Below are positions 43,545 to 57,481 of a stretch of 64,000 bases of DNA, piece after piece. The DNA is from Eledone cirrhosa (Eukaryota): NCBI GenBank assembly GCA_964016885.1, contig OZ024743.1:60450001-60514000 (forward strand), written 5' to 3'. The position numbers were made by a program, and so were the translations under genes. The notes beneath the pieces were generated by a model. That model made no database searches and had not been told where the DNA came from. It saw only the letters and a list, made by a program, of their open reading frames with translations. Each line of letters opens with the position of its first letter. The first letter of the stretch is position 1.

Positions 43545-44860
43545 TTTTTTTTTTTTTGTAGAAGACAGCCATCTCTTCAATGTTGTGCTGAACGGCCATG
43601 AACCAGCAAATGACTCTGCAAACCTGCCGCCCTCCTGCATATCGTTTTACAGATGTGACATACACGAGGCTCCCGGATAGTCCTGAACGTATCTTCCTCT
43701 TTATTCACTCTTATGTACCACATAAATGCAACAGCAGATTTACAGACTTTGTTGTAAAACTGACACAAATACCCCCACAGGCCTTTTAGAGAGGACCCAA
43801 ACATAATTGACATCATACTATTGATTGATGTGAGCTCTTAAATGACTAACAAGAGTCTTCAGGTTGCCTTTGTCAACATCTCTGAAACGTTTGGGGGGTT
43901 TGTGTCTGGTGCGTTTACCAAGAGTTACCTCTCCGTACAAAGTTCGCTTAGGCGACCTTTCATCCCTCATCCGAATTAAATACCCTGCCCAATGCAGATG
44001 GTTTCGTGTGTGTAGATTTTCTAAGCTGGGTGTATTGGCCCGCTGCAAAAAAAATACGACGCCAGGTATAAATGACTGCCACTTAATGTTCAAATTTCAC
44101 CATAAGCATTTTTGGTGGAAACTTTCCAATGTCTTGATATGATGTCGGTGTGTGATACAAGTCTCAGGAGAGCAGTTTGGACACAGCATTGGTCGATACT
44201 TTTCTTAGTGCTAAGATGTCTCTGTCCGGCGAGACTCGTCTTTCCAACCTAACGAATGCTTGCTGGCTTTTCCGATCCTTAGTTCCAATTCAGAGTCCAA
44301 TTAACCATCTCTGGTGAGAGCACTACCAACGTAGACAAATGTTTTAACAACTTTCAGCCTCTGACCCTGAACAAAGATGTTGAGTTCGGCGTAATATTAC
44401 TCAGAGGGTTGTGTGTACATGACCTTGATAGTAAGCCCGAACGCGATGCATGCCCCAGAAAATAGGTCCAAGATTGCCTGCATGTCTCCCTCGGAATGAT
44501 CAAGAAGGTCTGCAACGTCAACATAGAGCAATGCATTGATGACTGACTGGAAAGTCTTTGATTTGGCCCTAAAGCGTGTTAAGTTAAAAACCTTAACCGT
44601 AGGCCTGAAACGCATGTACACAATGACATCGCAATTCTGAAACGCATGTGAGAGTCACAGCAAAAAAATAGTAAACACAGTTGGTGCTGGGGTGTCCCCT
44701 TGCTTAACACCATTGTCGATGGCTGTGTTCAGACAGATAACCATTGAAGTTAAACCTCGCTTTCACATCTCGTTGTAACTGGTTGAATAATCTCACAAAA
44801 CCAAGAAAGGTCCCCATGGCATCCCTAGTCTTTGTTAGGGCCAACAAAAATCTGGTACAA
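43545..44860 (-). mobile_element. RTE-BovB-type LINE, 5'-truncated and decayed
   Basis: NGVKQGDTPAPTVFTIF; VFNLTRFRAKSK...LLYVDVADL...FSGACIAFGLTI; LHWAGYLIRMRDERSPKRTLYGEV; a C-terminal CxxC; A-rich tail. Confidence 0.88.
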
Positions 44861-44947
44861 AGCCACGCGATACTCTATGCATATATACACATATATATAC
44901 ATATATATATGTATATAATATATATATATATATATATATAGTATAAA

Positions 44948-45150
44948 AAAACGAAAAATCAGTGATGCATCTGGACTCAGTTTATTGCGTGTTACAATTG
45001 GTTCACTGGTGAAACAATTGTAACACGCAATAAACTGAGTCCAGATGCATCACTGATTTTTCGTTTTATATACTATTCACACTCTGCTCTGTAAGAATAT
45101 TGAGTGCTAATTTTGGCATACCGCCTATGGAAGCACCATAGCTACTATTA
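44948..45150 (+). repeat. near-perfect 120-bp hairpin (44948-45067) plus tail; related to 13093-13210 and 24328-24345
   Basis: The arms differ by one base. The forward arm starts GTGAAACAATTGTA (3' half of an HHR). Confidence 0.8.
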
Positions 45151-45157
45151 TACACAC

Positions 45158-45259
<102 letters not shown>

Positions 45260-45463
45260 CAGTATATATATTTATATATGTATATATATATATATATATT
45301 ATATATATACAGTATATATATTCATATATGTGTATATAATATATATATATATATATATATACAGAGAGAGAGAGAGAGGGAGAGAGAGGGGGGGAGAGAG
45401 AGGGAGAGATGATGAAGATCCCGAGTTAAATCGGGGGTTAACCGCAGTAAATAAGGTAATAAG

Positions 45464-45529
<66 letters not shown>

Positions 45530-48500
45530 AAAAAGTTTTACCCTGACGGCAGAGCTCAAGCCGTTTCGACGGCTATTTCTGGACCTATATATATTGGTTC
45601 AGAAATAGCCGTCTAAACGGCTTGAGCTCTGCCGTCGGGGTAAAACTTTTTCCTATTACCTACTCTACTACCCTAAGTATTGAGTACTCTGCTGCGTTAT
45701 GGTCCATCTGGTTCCTTACCACACCTCCTTAGTTATATATATAATATATATGGTTGAACAAATAAAACAAACACACTTCACTTTTCACTTTTAATATTAG
45801 CATAATGTTGGCACCTGGCTAACGTGACTGTCGAAATTTCATTTGTCATCTCTAACTCTCGCCGTGTCGTACATATGATCAAATATTCAAATCTTGCTGT
45901 ATCAGTTGACATAGCTGTAAAGAAATACTCTAATAAAGATAATAGAATACACGTTTTATTATGTCTTGCAAAGAGAAGCGGACTTGTTCTTAAAATCGGA
46001 TGACTAACACACTGCCGAATGCTGAGGGCCAGAGGCTTTTTACTGCTCACCTAAGGCAACGGAGACTAACAGACTTCTGGCTATTGAGAGCCAGAGGCGT
46101 CTTTTTACACTTACCTCAAATGATACTGATTCACACATAGCAGACTGCAGTGAGCTAGATATGGGATTTCATTGCTCAGCTACGGCGGGTTTCATGTTTC
46201 TTTCATTCTTTGCGCAACTATGGTTTAATGTTTTTTTTTTTTCGTTTTTTTTTCTAACTCATCCGAAATGCACGCATTGCCAGTCCGCATCTGCTTGCAA
46301 ATAACCCAGTCCATCAGCAGAAATCAAGTGGAACCCATCTGTTTGAAGAATGATTGTGACACAGTAGTGATTGACTTTCAGACTGTTTTGGGGTGTTTTT
46401 GTTTTTTTTGTTTTACCCTGTTAATCGCATTCAGTATGTGACAGAATAGAAGGATAGACATCACAAAGGTTTAAAGAAACGTTTGAAAAGATAACAAAAA
46501 TATTTGAAATGAAATAAAAACAATTTACTTCATGTTGCAGTTTACATGGTAGCATGGGTGGAATGGTTTGGGAATGGGGATGAGCTGAGCAATTGTTTAT
46601 TGTTTAGATTTTATACATTTAGCTGGATTCATTTCTAAGTGGAACCGCCAGGCGGTTTGAGAACAGCAGAGTTATGTACCTTGTTCAAAAGCTGAATAAA
46701 TAAATAAATAAATAAATGTATTATTGGTTTGGTTATAAATAACGCCGTGATTTACTTAGCATTTCATCTTTCTCGTAGTAAAGTCCTTGTAATCAGAGCC
46801 GGCACTATCATTAAGGCCAACTAAGGAACCAGCTGGGGCACAGACCCAAGAGAGGCGCATTATAACCTTAAAGGATCAGAGTTTTATATAAATGTGTATA
46901 ATTAAATATATAAGAGTTACCTTTGATCAATAAATAATCACTAAAAATCTTTGCTGCGCCGAAACGTTATGGAAATATCCAAAGCGATGGAGAGGGTTGT
47001 ATGTTGTTATGAACTGTAACATGATTGGGCATGGATGAGTGTGGAGTGTGAAGTAGAAAATGCAGCCTAAGTGATTTTCTTAATGTGGTCGGCGCAAGAA
47101 GTGTCAGCTTGTCAAACTTTATATTGAAATTATTTTATTTGGGAGAATGGCACGTATAACAGAGAAAAGATGGAGCACTTTGAAGGGTTAGACTAGGACG
47201 CTAAATAGCCAGATACCGGCCCTGTACCGATCAGGTACTAGTATGGATTTAATCGACTGTATAATTACCCACCCTCACCCAGTGTGGAATTGTGTCTGTG
47301 TTAGAAATCATTATTGAATATCGATATTTCCGGTCGGCTTGACTTTAATTTTTAAAAAAACAAACACAATGAATCCTACTGAAAGCTATTTTGTTATACT
47401 TCTACCTGCAACACCCCCTAAAAATACAGTAATAACACATAATATCATAGTTTGGTATTTGTTTCACGCTATAACAAAATGTCTCATGGGTTTTCGTCAA
47501 ACCTATAGCGGTAGAAATCATCTGGCGTCTTGGATCCCTGAACCACTTCCCTACTCAATTAAATTAAAATGCAGATGGCAATCCACAAAAATGAACTTCG
47601 CAAGGAGGTGTAGACTGGCTATTCAAGAGTATTTCACTCAGCATTCTTGGACATAAAACATTCACCATTTTGCCCGCCAGGATCACAAAATATTTTCATG
47701 ATATTTCCTTTGTTAATTCTTTTCACGAAATGAAACATTAAATTTACTAAACTAAAAATATTCAAATATATTTTTTCATTATATTTACCAATAAGGAAAC
47801 CATTGTTCTTGTTGTTAGTATCATTTCCATTATTGTTATCTTTTAGTTATTTTGGTTTTTAATGTTCTTCATTTCTATATTGCTGGCGTCGTTATTGTTG
47901 ACAGTGTGCTATTTTCGTTATCACGCTTTCAACGTTTCTGTCCTTCTCTGCATTGGTTTATAGACATAGAATATAGTCAGAAACTCAAAGAAAAAATATG
48001 AAAAGTGTGATATTCTAGTAACTTGACAATTCGAAGCTGTTGGCAACAACTTCATTTGTAAATAATATTCTATGTATGTTTAATATTTTCATCTGGTGTC
48101 CCTGATTTCATCATTGTCATCGTTACAAACATCATCGACATTACAAGATCCTTATGACCATGACCATCATCAACAAAATTATCGTCATCGTCACAATTAT
48201 CATCGTCTTCGACGTCATCACATTCCCATCCAATATTTGTTTGTTTGTATACGTTTAATTTGATTTGATTTTTTCATTGCTGTCATGCGTCGGACGGATG
48301 GTCATACCAGTAGAACAAACACCCTCAGCAAGAACATAACAAAAATGGTAACAAAATAAAACAGCCATTATAACTAAGGAAAGACGTGAACTAGACAAAC
48401 AGGCACTTTGGAAATGCAAAGATGGCCTTTTGAGCTGTATATATTAAAATAAAACACATAGAAAAGCAACATATTAATGAACTATGGGCCAACCTGATAG

Positions 48501-48669
48501 GTGACGGATGCCTGGCCCTTTTTTAAAACCAGGCACGCTTCTCACTGCGGTCGTTAAAACCAACGACAGCAACATTTGCAACATACAATAACTACAACAA
48601 AAGAATAACAACCACAACATTAACAACTATCAACACAAAAAAATAAACAACCAATAACAATAATAATGA

Positions 48670-49745
48670 TATTTGTTTCTAACATAGGCACAAGGCCAAA
48701 GGAGTTTCAGTAAAGAGGAACTGTCGATTATATCGACTCCAGTACTAGACTGGTACTTTATTTTATCTACCCCGGAGGGATGAAAGGCAAGGTCGACCCC
48801 AGTGGATTTTGATCCAGCAGCTTAAAGAGCCGTGACTAAATATCTCAAGACATTTTGTTGTACGCTCTAATGATTCTGCCATTCCACCACCTTAATATTA
48901 ACAATAATTGATTTGAATTTAGGCTCATGGCTTGGGTGAGGTTGATTATATCGACCCCACTACTTGACTGATACTCATAAACTCATTTTATCGAGCCCAA
49001 AGTCGATGAAAGGCATAAATCGACTTCTGTGACTTCAGAATGTAAAAAGCTGTAACTAAAGACAGCGTGGCGTTTTGTCCGACGCCCTAAGGGTTCTGCA
49101 AATCTACCATCTTCACCCTAATTACAATAACAATAAAAACAAAAATAACAACAAAACACACGCTTACAGTAATAACGACTGAATTTCTTTCATTTTGAAC
49201 CTTAATATTTCTTCATTTTAGTCATGGTTTATGGGTGTCTGTATTTCCAGATCTACATAATTGGTTAACTTTGCCTTTCATCCTTCCGGGGTCGATAGAA
49301 TAAAGTACCAGTAATGCATTGGGTATTTGCTGTCCTTGTGCCAAAAGTAGAAACAATTATTATTATTTTTATCACCCAACTTTGCAATTGCTGCTGTGCA
49401 ATTGCTGCTGTTCTTTTTGTTGTCATGGGGCTTTTGTCGTGGTGGAGGTGGTGATGGGGGTTACAGTGGCAGATATATTCGTAGTATCAATGTCAATTCT
49501 GGTGTCATTTTACTTCCTAGATAACTTTGGGTAAATTAATTTTTTTTTTCTAGTTTTCCTCTTCTGTCAGTCTCCTGCTATCCCCACTTTGCCATTCATC
49601 CTCACAGGGTCGATAAAATAATGTACCAGTAATGCACTGTGGTAATTACTGGCCTTGTGCCAAATGTAGAAACAATTATTATTACTGGGGTAATTGCTGG
49701 CCTTGTACCAAAAGTAGAATCATTATTATTATTATTATTATTATA
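48670..49745. mobile_element. cluster of SINE family A copies and tail fragments in both orientations
   Basis: Minus-strand copies at 48670-48892 and 48905-49110; plus-strand fragments at 49263-49367 and 49587-49745. Confidence 0.75.
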
Positions 49746-50025
49746 TTGTTGTTGCTGTTGCTAGAGTGGTAAAATGGCAAAGCATTAATTTGTAAAGGAT
49801 AAGAGACAAATCTCGTACTGAATTAATAATTAAGTGGGATGAAATTTGCATGAATGGTATTGTGTCTAAATAATTTATTATGATTACGAATTTACGAACA
49901 GCATACACACGCTCATACACACACACGCACACACACACACATATATATATATATACATCTATATATATGTACATATATATATATATACATATATATATGT
50001 ACATATATATATATATATACATATA

Positions 50026-50067
<42 letters not shown>

Positions 50068-50382
50068 TATATATATATATATATGTACATATATATATAT
50101 ATATATGTACATATATATATATATATACACATATATATGTATATATATACACATATATATGTATATATATATATATATGTACATATATATATATGTACAC
50201 ACATATATATATATACACACATATATATGTATATATATATATATATATATGTACATATATATATATATAAACACACACACACACATATATATATATAAAC
50301 ACACACACACATATATATATATATAAACACACACACACATATATATATATATAAACACACACACACATATATATATATATAA

Positions 50383-50462
<80 letters not shown>

Positions 50463-50557
50463 GTAAAACACTGGAAGGTAATATCCGTAGTGGTAGAGCA
50501 CTCAGTCCATGGGACGAGTTAGGTAGAAGTGGTTACACAACAGTTAGTTCACCATAC

Positions 50558-50595
50558 CGAGAACAATTGTTTCACCTTAGCGGATCCTCAGCTCG
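50558..50595 (-). ncRNA. minimal type I hammerhead ribozyme
   Basis: Reverse complement reads CGAG-CTGAGGA-TCCGCTAAGGT-GAAA-CAATTG-TT-CTCG. Confidence 0.8.
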
Positions 50596-51845
50596 TAATG
50601 GACATGGTTATACGGAACAGGAAGGACAACCGTACGAACGCGCATGCGCAGAAACGCTCACTTCACTCAGGCAATACTAAATTGCGTGCAAGAGGTGTAA
50701 GGGAGATAACTGCGAAAGTCCGAAAGTTTCTAGTTAGACATTAATTTAGACCTTCGCACACACACACATACATACCTTTCCATGAGCTTAACAAAAAATT
50801 CAATTACATTCACAAGGACTCATGCTACCCTCTCACTGTTTTTAGAAACTTCGTAAATAATATCAGTACTAGAATCTCAAACCTCTCCTCTAATAAGACT
50901 ATCTTTGATATAGCGGCACCCTATTATAACACGGCGTTAGCTAATAGCGGCTTCTCGCAACCTATCACTTACTCTCCCACTATCAACAACAGCAATAAGA
51001 AAACAAAGCGTAACAATAGACAAACTATCTGGTTCTCGCCTCCATTCTCACTCAACGTTAAAACCAATGTAGGCAAAAAATGCCTATCCCTCTTAGATAG
51101 ACACTTTGCCATATGTCATAAATACCGCTCCATGTTTAACCGACACAAAGTAAAATTAGGATACTCCTGCGCTAAGAACATGGAAGCCCACATCACCAAC
51201 AGCCATAAGAGCAACATCCCACCAGGGTGCTCTTGCCGTAAGCCCGAAGCTTGTCGGCTTCAACAGCAATGCAACACACCCGCTGTAGTTTATGAAGCTC
51301 TGGTCACTTCCAACCGACCAAATCAACCACAGGAGGTCAAATCCTATGTGGGTATGGCGGAGGGCCGATTTAAGGAACGCTTCCCGAACCACCAGTCGAC
51401 TTTTAGTTACCCGGACAGAGGTTCATCCACAAAACTCGCGAGCCACGTAAGGTCCCTCAAGGACTCAAGTATAGACTACTCCATTCAATCGAAAGCCATC
51501 ACTAAGTCCTATCCATACGCAAGGGGCAATCCGTCATGTGGACTATGTATTGATGACGGAATAAATATTCTAAAGAGATTACGCAATAGCGATTGCCTAA
51601 ATCAAGTATTTGATTTCTTCACACGTTGTCCTCACGTCTGGAAACACCTCTTACATAACTACAAAGCTCCGGATTCAATTACAACAACATCCTAATTTTC
51701 TTATCAACTAGAAACTTTCGGACTTTCGCAGTTATCTAGCTTATATCTCTCGCACGCAATTTAGTATTGCCTGAGTGAAGTGACCATTTTTGCGCATGTG
51801 CGTTCGTACGGTTGTCCTTCCTGTTCCGTATAACCATGTCCATTA

Positions 51846-51883
51846 CGAGCTGAGGATCCGCTAAGGTGAAACAATTGTTCTCG
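51846..51883 (+). ncRNA. minimal type I hammerhead ribozyme
   Basis: CGAG-CTGAGGA-TCCGCTAAGGT-GAAA-CAATTG-TT-CTCG, with palindromic stem III, ~150 nt downstream of the GIY-YIG stop codon. Confidence 0.82.
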
Positions 51884-51909
51884 GTATGGTGAACTAACTG
51901 TTGTGTAAC

Positions 51910-52002
<93 letters not shown>

Positions 52003-52493
52003 ATATATATATATACATATATATATACATACATATAAACATACATACATATATATAGTAAGTAGAATCGAATTCATTTACACTACAACCGCCTTAACTC
52101 TGGGGTACAACCCAACACGAGACAGACCTTGTAACAGCATTGAATGCTTCGAACGGCTCATCGAATGTAACTGTAGTTACACATCTAAATAACACACACA
52201 CCACACATATATATATATATTTATATACATATATACATATATATATATATATATTTATATACATATATACATATATATATATATATTTATATATATATAT
52301 ACATATATATTATGTATATATATATTTATTATATATATATATACATGTATACATATATATATATATATTTATTATATATATATACATGTATACATATATA
52401 TATATATATTTATTATATATATATACATATATATATTATATATATATACATATATATATGTATATATATATATATATATACATATATATTATA

Positions 52494-52526
<33 letters not shown>

Positions 52527-52772
52527 TATATACATATATATATATATTATATACATATATATATATATTATATACATATATATATATTATATACATATAT
52601 ATATATTATATACATATATATATTATATACATATATATATTATATACATATATATATTATATACATATATATATTATATACATATATATATTATATACAT
52701 ATATATATATATATATATATTATATATAAATATATATGTATATATATATATATATTATATATATATATATAT

Positions 52773-52868
<96 letters not shown>

Positions 52869-52902
52869 TATTATATATATATGTATATATATATGTATAT
52901 AT

Positions 52903-52950
<48 letters not shown>

Positions 52951-52953
52951 ATA

Positions 52954-53054
<101 letters not shown>

Positions 53055-53355
53055 TATATATATATGTATCTGTGTGTGTGAGTGTGTGAGTGTGTGTGTG
53101 TTTGTGTTTTTGTGTGCGTATTTGTATGAAGCTGGTGATGTATTTCGTTGTTACTCGAATCTCGTGCCCTTTTTTTTTTTATACTCTGGCAAATATTCCT
53201 TTCTGCCATCGCCTGAAAGAACTCATACATCAAGTACAATGAGTAGCAGCAGTGAATCACCGGCGTTCTACAAATAAATATGTATTGAGTACTACTAATT
53301 CTCTCCTTTGTTAAATAACTCTGCTATATATACATTTTGTGTACGTATGTATGAA

Positions 53356-53453
<98 letters not shown>

Positions 53454-53766
53454 TATACATATAAATATACACATATATATATTTATAAACTCCAGAGTAA
53501 CAAGACTCAATTTTTAGCCTTAAATGAATATCAAAACTGTACTTCGCCTTTGAGTACTCGTTTCTCTCAGCCGTCAACCACATACGGAGATATATATATA
53601 TATATATATATATAAGAGGGAGGGTATTTCTTTTTATATCATCAAAAAATGATATGTACTATAATTATTTATTATTCCTATTTTCTTCTCTTCTTCTTTC
53701 CCGTCACTTCATTAACTTCGTTATTTCCGTGTGGACGAAAAAGTTGATTGTAAATTCGAAGGACTC

Positions 53767-55059
53767 TCAAAAGATCGTCAATGAGTTCTCTTTGAAAGCT
53801 ATGTTTTCAAATATAGAACTTTCCGATCCACGAAAGCTTTCTTTCTTCCTTAACACTGTACTTTCTAGTTTTTCTAATGTGTTGTCGTTGAGGATGTCTG
53901 ATTTCGTTTCAGAGAAATGATCGTCTGAATCCGTCATTGAATCTGTATGAAGTAATGTAAATGTAGTCCAAGTGTTCAAATCTCGGTCGTAATTTGCTTT
54001 GTAGTCTCCGACAGAAGTGACCTCTATCTCGTCAACAGCTTCTATATCGTCGTCGTCGTCGTCGTCGTCGTCGTCATCAATGTCATTTTCGTCAATGTTG
54101 TCGTTGTTAACACCTTCATGATCATCTGAATCACTAGTATCAAAGCTGTCATTTAAATGTTTGGTATTTTCTAGTGTTGATTCCATTAGAATTTCGTATA
54201 CACTGCAGTAGTTGTCACCTGTGTTTTGGCAACACAGGTGGAAAATGTCTATGAAAGCAAGTTGGGGGCTGAATATATCGTCGCTGAGAACGCTGCTAGG
54301 TGTGGTGGACGACAAGATGGAGTGTTTGCTGCAAGAACTAGGAATGGAGTTACATCGACTAGCATCGGTACTGGTGAGGCTCATTAGAGAAGCCTCCGAA
54401 AGTTCTTCACAATCTTCCTGACCTTCTTCGTTGAAATCAGGTCGGAAGTTACCGTTATCACTCCACGCAGGAGATCGAATGTAATCAAATTGTGGTGATG
54501 TGCAATAAAGCAAAGGATTGTTTTGATATGTCGCCATGGTAATGTAAGTCCAGTCGAAATCTGGGGAAAACTGTAGACATTCAATTGAATCAGTGTTTTG
54601 CGGTTTGAACACGGCAGACATATTGTCAGTGGCGACCAATTCATTATTTGTTTTTGTTTTGTAATTATCCTCGTTGCTATTGTTGCATCTGTTGCTATCG
54701 TTGGCACTGCTACAACTATTGTTGTTGATGTTGTTGTCATGGCTATTGGCATTTGTATTTTGGTTATTGCCTTTCCTCCAGTAAACACCATATTTTTTAT
54801 CCAGTTTGTTGCTCACACACTCTATCTGGTTGACTAGCACGCGGATATCACCGACGATTCCCTGTAGGTTGCCCAATACATTCTCTAAGTTTCCCACAAC
54901 ATTGCGAACAGATTGTTTGACCAGTCTCTTCTCATTCGCTGACTCTGTTGAAGGACTGGGGTTACAACAATTACCTCCATTTGGTTTAAATGACACCAAA
55001 GACCGACTGAAATTATCGTTCAGCGGTTCTAGAGTCTTCGGTCTTTCCTTGGGTTCCAT
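53767..55059 (-). CDS. 430-aa protein with an N-terminal coiled coil resembling PRR16 (Largen)/INSYN1; remainder Asn/Ser/Asp-rich and likely disordered
   Basis: Uninterrupted 1293-nt ORF with ATG in AAATATGG context and no TE motifs. LVKQSVRNVVGNLENVLGNLQGIVGDIRVLVNQIECVSNKL aligns by eye with the recalled PRR16 segment VKEQIKIIVEDLELVLGDLKDVAKELKEVVDQIDTLTSDL. Confidence 0.8.
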   Translation of the reverse strand: MEPKERPKTLEPLNDNFSRSLVSFKPNGGNCCNPSPSTESANEKRLVKQSVRNVVGNLENVLGNLQGIVGDIRVLVNQIECVSNKLDKKYGVYWRKGNNQNTNANSHDNNINNNSCSSANDSNRCNNSNEDNYKTKTNNELVATDNMSAVFKPQNTDSIECLQFSPDFDWTYITMATYQNNPLLYCTSPQFDYIRSPAWSDNGNFRPDFNEEGQEDCEELSEASLMSLTSTDASRCNSIPSSCSKHSILSSTTPSSVLSDDIFSPQLAFIDIFHLCCQNTGDNYCSVYEILMESTLENTKHLNDSFDTSDSDDHEGVNNDNIDENDIDDDDDDDDDDDIEAVDEIEVTSVGDYKANYDRDLNTWTTFTLLHTDSMTDSDDHFSETKSDILNDNTLEKLESTVLRKKESFRGSESSIFENIAFKENSLTIF

Positions 55060-55431
55060 ATTTATTTAGAAATGTTTATCTATTTATTTGACGTCGTTTT
55101 CATTTGTAAATGTAGTGGAGATTCTTTCATTATAATTTTCCAGTTATTTATATTCTTCTGTAATTTGTTTTATTTTTCTTCAAACCTTCCAATGTATGGG
55201 AAAATGATTTTCTTTACATTAGATAGAAACATAAGTATGAACCAATAAATCTTGTTGTATTGTTTTGTTAAAAAACGATTAAAGCAGAATGTCGAAAAGA
55301 AAGGAGGCTTGAAGATTGGATCTAGGCGGAGAGCACTTTCTCGGTTCTCTTAGTTGGGAACTTAGATGCTGTTAGATGTTGCGGACAAACTCATCTCTGG
55401 TATTGTTTTCATTTCAAAAACCCACGACAAA

Positions 55432-55460
55432 CTGAAATGAAATAAAAATTGAAATATTAG
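55432..55460 (-). promoter_or_regulatory. candidate splice acceptor for the exon carrying the 430-aa CDS
   Basis: Minus strand reads CTAAT-ATTTCAATTTTTATTTCATTTCAG (branch point, pyrimidine tract, CAG), 372 nt upstream of the ATG. Confidence 0.55.
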
Positions 55461-55494
55461 ATTGGTTTAAAATATATATATATATAAACAAAGA

Positions 55495-55603
55495 TAACTG
55501 TTTCTACGTTTGGCACAAGGCCAGCAAATACCCAGTGCATTACTGGTACTTTATTTTATCGACCCCGTAAGGATGAAAGGCAAAGTTATCCTCGGCGGGA
55601 TTT
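55495..55603 (-). mobile_element. 5'-truncated SINE family A copy
   Basis: GGCACAAGGCCAGCAAATACCCAGTGCATTACTGGTACTTTATTTTATCGACCCCGTAAGGATGAAAGGC. Confidence 0.85.
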
Positions 55604-56351
55604 ACAAAGATAACACCATACAATCATATATTGATAAATAGCCATCATATATACACACATTTGTATGGAAGAAGATGTGGTCGTTATATGTATGAGTATG
55701 TATATAATATGGAAAAGCATGTATATATATCTATATACTACTTGCGTTCTTGCTTGCTTGCCTGTTATGTAATACAGCCAAATGGGCGCATAATGGGTAA
55801 ATACTTTGAAAGCAAGTTGCCTCTGAATTGGGAATACAAATTGAATAAAACAAGTTTCGCGAAAATCTGACCCCGTGTTCCCGAAATTCGCGGGTTTTGG
55901 GGGTACCATCGTAAATAGACACAACGGTGTATACTGGGAAAATACCTCGAAATTAACATTACCCTGCAAAACTTCGTAAATAGCCAAAGCATTGCATAAT
56001 GAGAAAATACTCTGAATAAAACAAGTTTGGCGTAAATCGCACATGGTTAATATTTTCAATTTTCCAAAAATAGCAAGGAATTCATCTAAATTCAATTTAT
56101 CTTATTTTATAATGAATATCTAAAGAAATAATCCATTTGTTTTTTGGTTGTCCAGAAGGGGTGAGAAAGAGAGAGTGAGGGTGAGAGAGAGGGTACTGGT
56201 TTGTTATTGTCTGTCAAAAGTGAAAGTTTGCATCTCAGCAAGCGGTGAACCCTGCCTAGAGATCCTCCCGTCGTTTATATCCGTCAAGTGAAATCACAAT
56301 ATTTTTCTTCTCTGTTCAATGTTTTATTCTCTGTATGTTTAGCTCGTCCCT

Positions 56352-56466
56352 ACCTAACCCTAACCCTAACAACTAACCCTAACCGTAACCCTAATCCTAA
56401 AAACTAACCCTAACCCGAAAAACTAACCTTAACCCTAACCCTAACCCTAACCCTAACCCTAACCGT
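56352..56466. repeat. interstitial telomere-type (CCCTAA)n array with variants, between ~90-bp inverted repeats (56200-56291 and 56497-56587)
   Basis: Directly visible TAACCC units, including AACTAACCC and TAACCG variants. Confidence 0.9.
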
Positions 56467-57481
56467 AAATATATTACATTTGTTTTAATCTTGAGTCACT
56501 TTACGGATATAAACGACGGGAGGAACTGTAGGCAGGGTTCACCGCTTGCTGAGACGCAAACTTTCACTTTTGACAGACAATAACAAACCCGTGCCAGAGA
56601 GAGAAAGAGAGGGTGACGGTGAGAGAGAAAAAGAGAGAGTGAGGGTGAGAGAGAGAAAGAGAGAGAGAGTGAGGGGATGAGAGAGAGAATAAAGAGATGA
56701 GAGAGAGAGAGAGGGGGGATGACAGATAGGGAAAGAGACAACGTCCTTAACTTTTATTTATTTTAACTCTCCCCCCTATCCATAACGTTATTTCTTTCTC
56801 TTTCACAGTTATACTGACACCGTGTGTATCTGTATGTCTATGTGTGCCAGTGCATGTGTTTACGTACTTAGAGACATGTGTGTGTGTAACAGTACTTAAG
56901 TTAGAGACATATATATATATATATATGTGGGGGGGGGGGGATACCTTCGTAAATAGTCAAAACGGTGCATAATGGAGAAATAGCCCTGTAAGTGATATAA
57001 CCCAAAGTTTGACGTAAATCGACATAAACTATTTTCATCATTCGAGAAATATATTTAATAATTATTAAAAAAAGATTTTTCAGTGATTTCTCAGAGAATA
57101 TGATTTCAAAACTACAAGTTGTCTGTACTTCAAGTATCATATTTTAGCTTTCTTTAAACAAACGATAGTTTAATTATCAGACGATATTAAGTGAATATCA
57201 CTGGAAAATACCAGTTGGTGTTAAGCAGTAGGTGTTTATATTTTTGCTTTAGTTAAAAAGAATATTTCAATTATTTAGAAATATTTTAAAGTGAATTTGA
57301 TTTCACAAATAGCTTTATTTATATAGACAATATCTTCATTTTTTAAAATTATTTTCAAGTGAATATGATGGAAAAAATATTTCTTGGCATATTTAAAAAA
57401 TATTCTTAAGTGAAAATGTACAAATTATTAGTATACTGAGTATATATATTTCAGCTTCCTCTAAACAGAATATGTGTTGCC

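Larger units (their letters stand above)
50529..51912 (+). mobile_element. 5'-truncated Naiad-type Penelope-like element with inverted terminal repeat and two HHRs
   Basis: Open frame 50745-51695: PFHELNKKFNYIHKDS...IWFSPPFSLNVKTNVGKK...FNRHKVKLGYSC...CSCRKPEACRLQQQC...VVYEA...YVGMAEGRFKERF...CGLC...RCPH. 50529-50735 is the reverse complement of 51705-51912. Confidence 0.92.
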
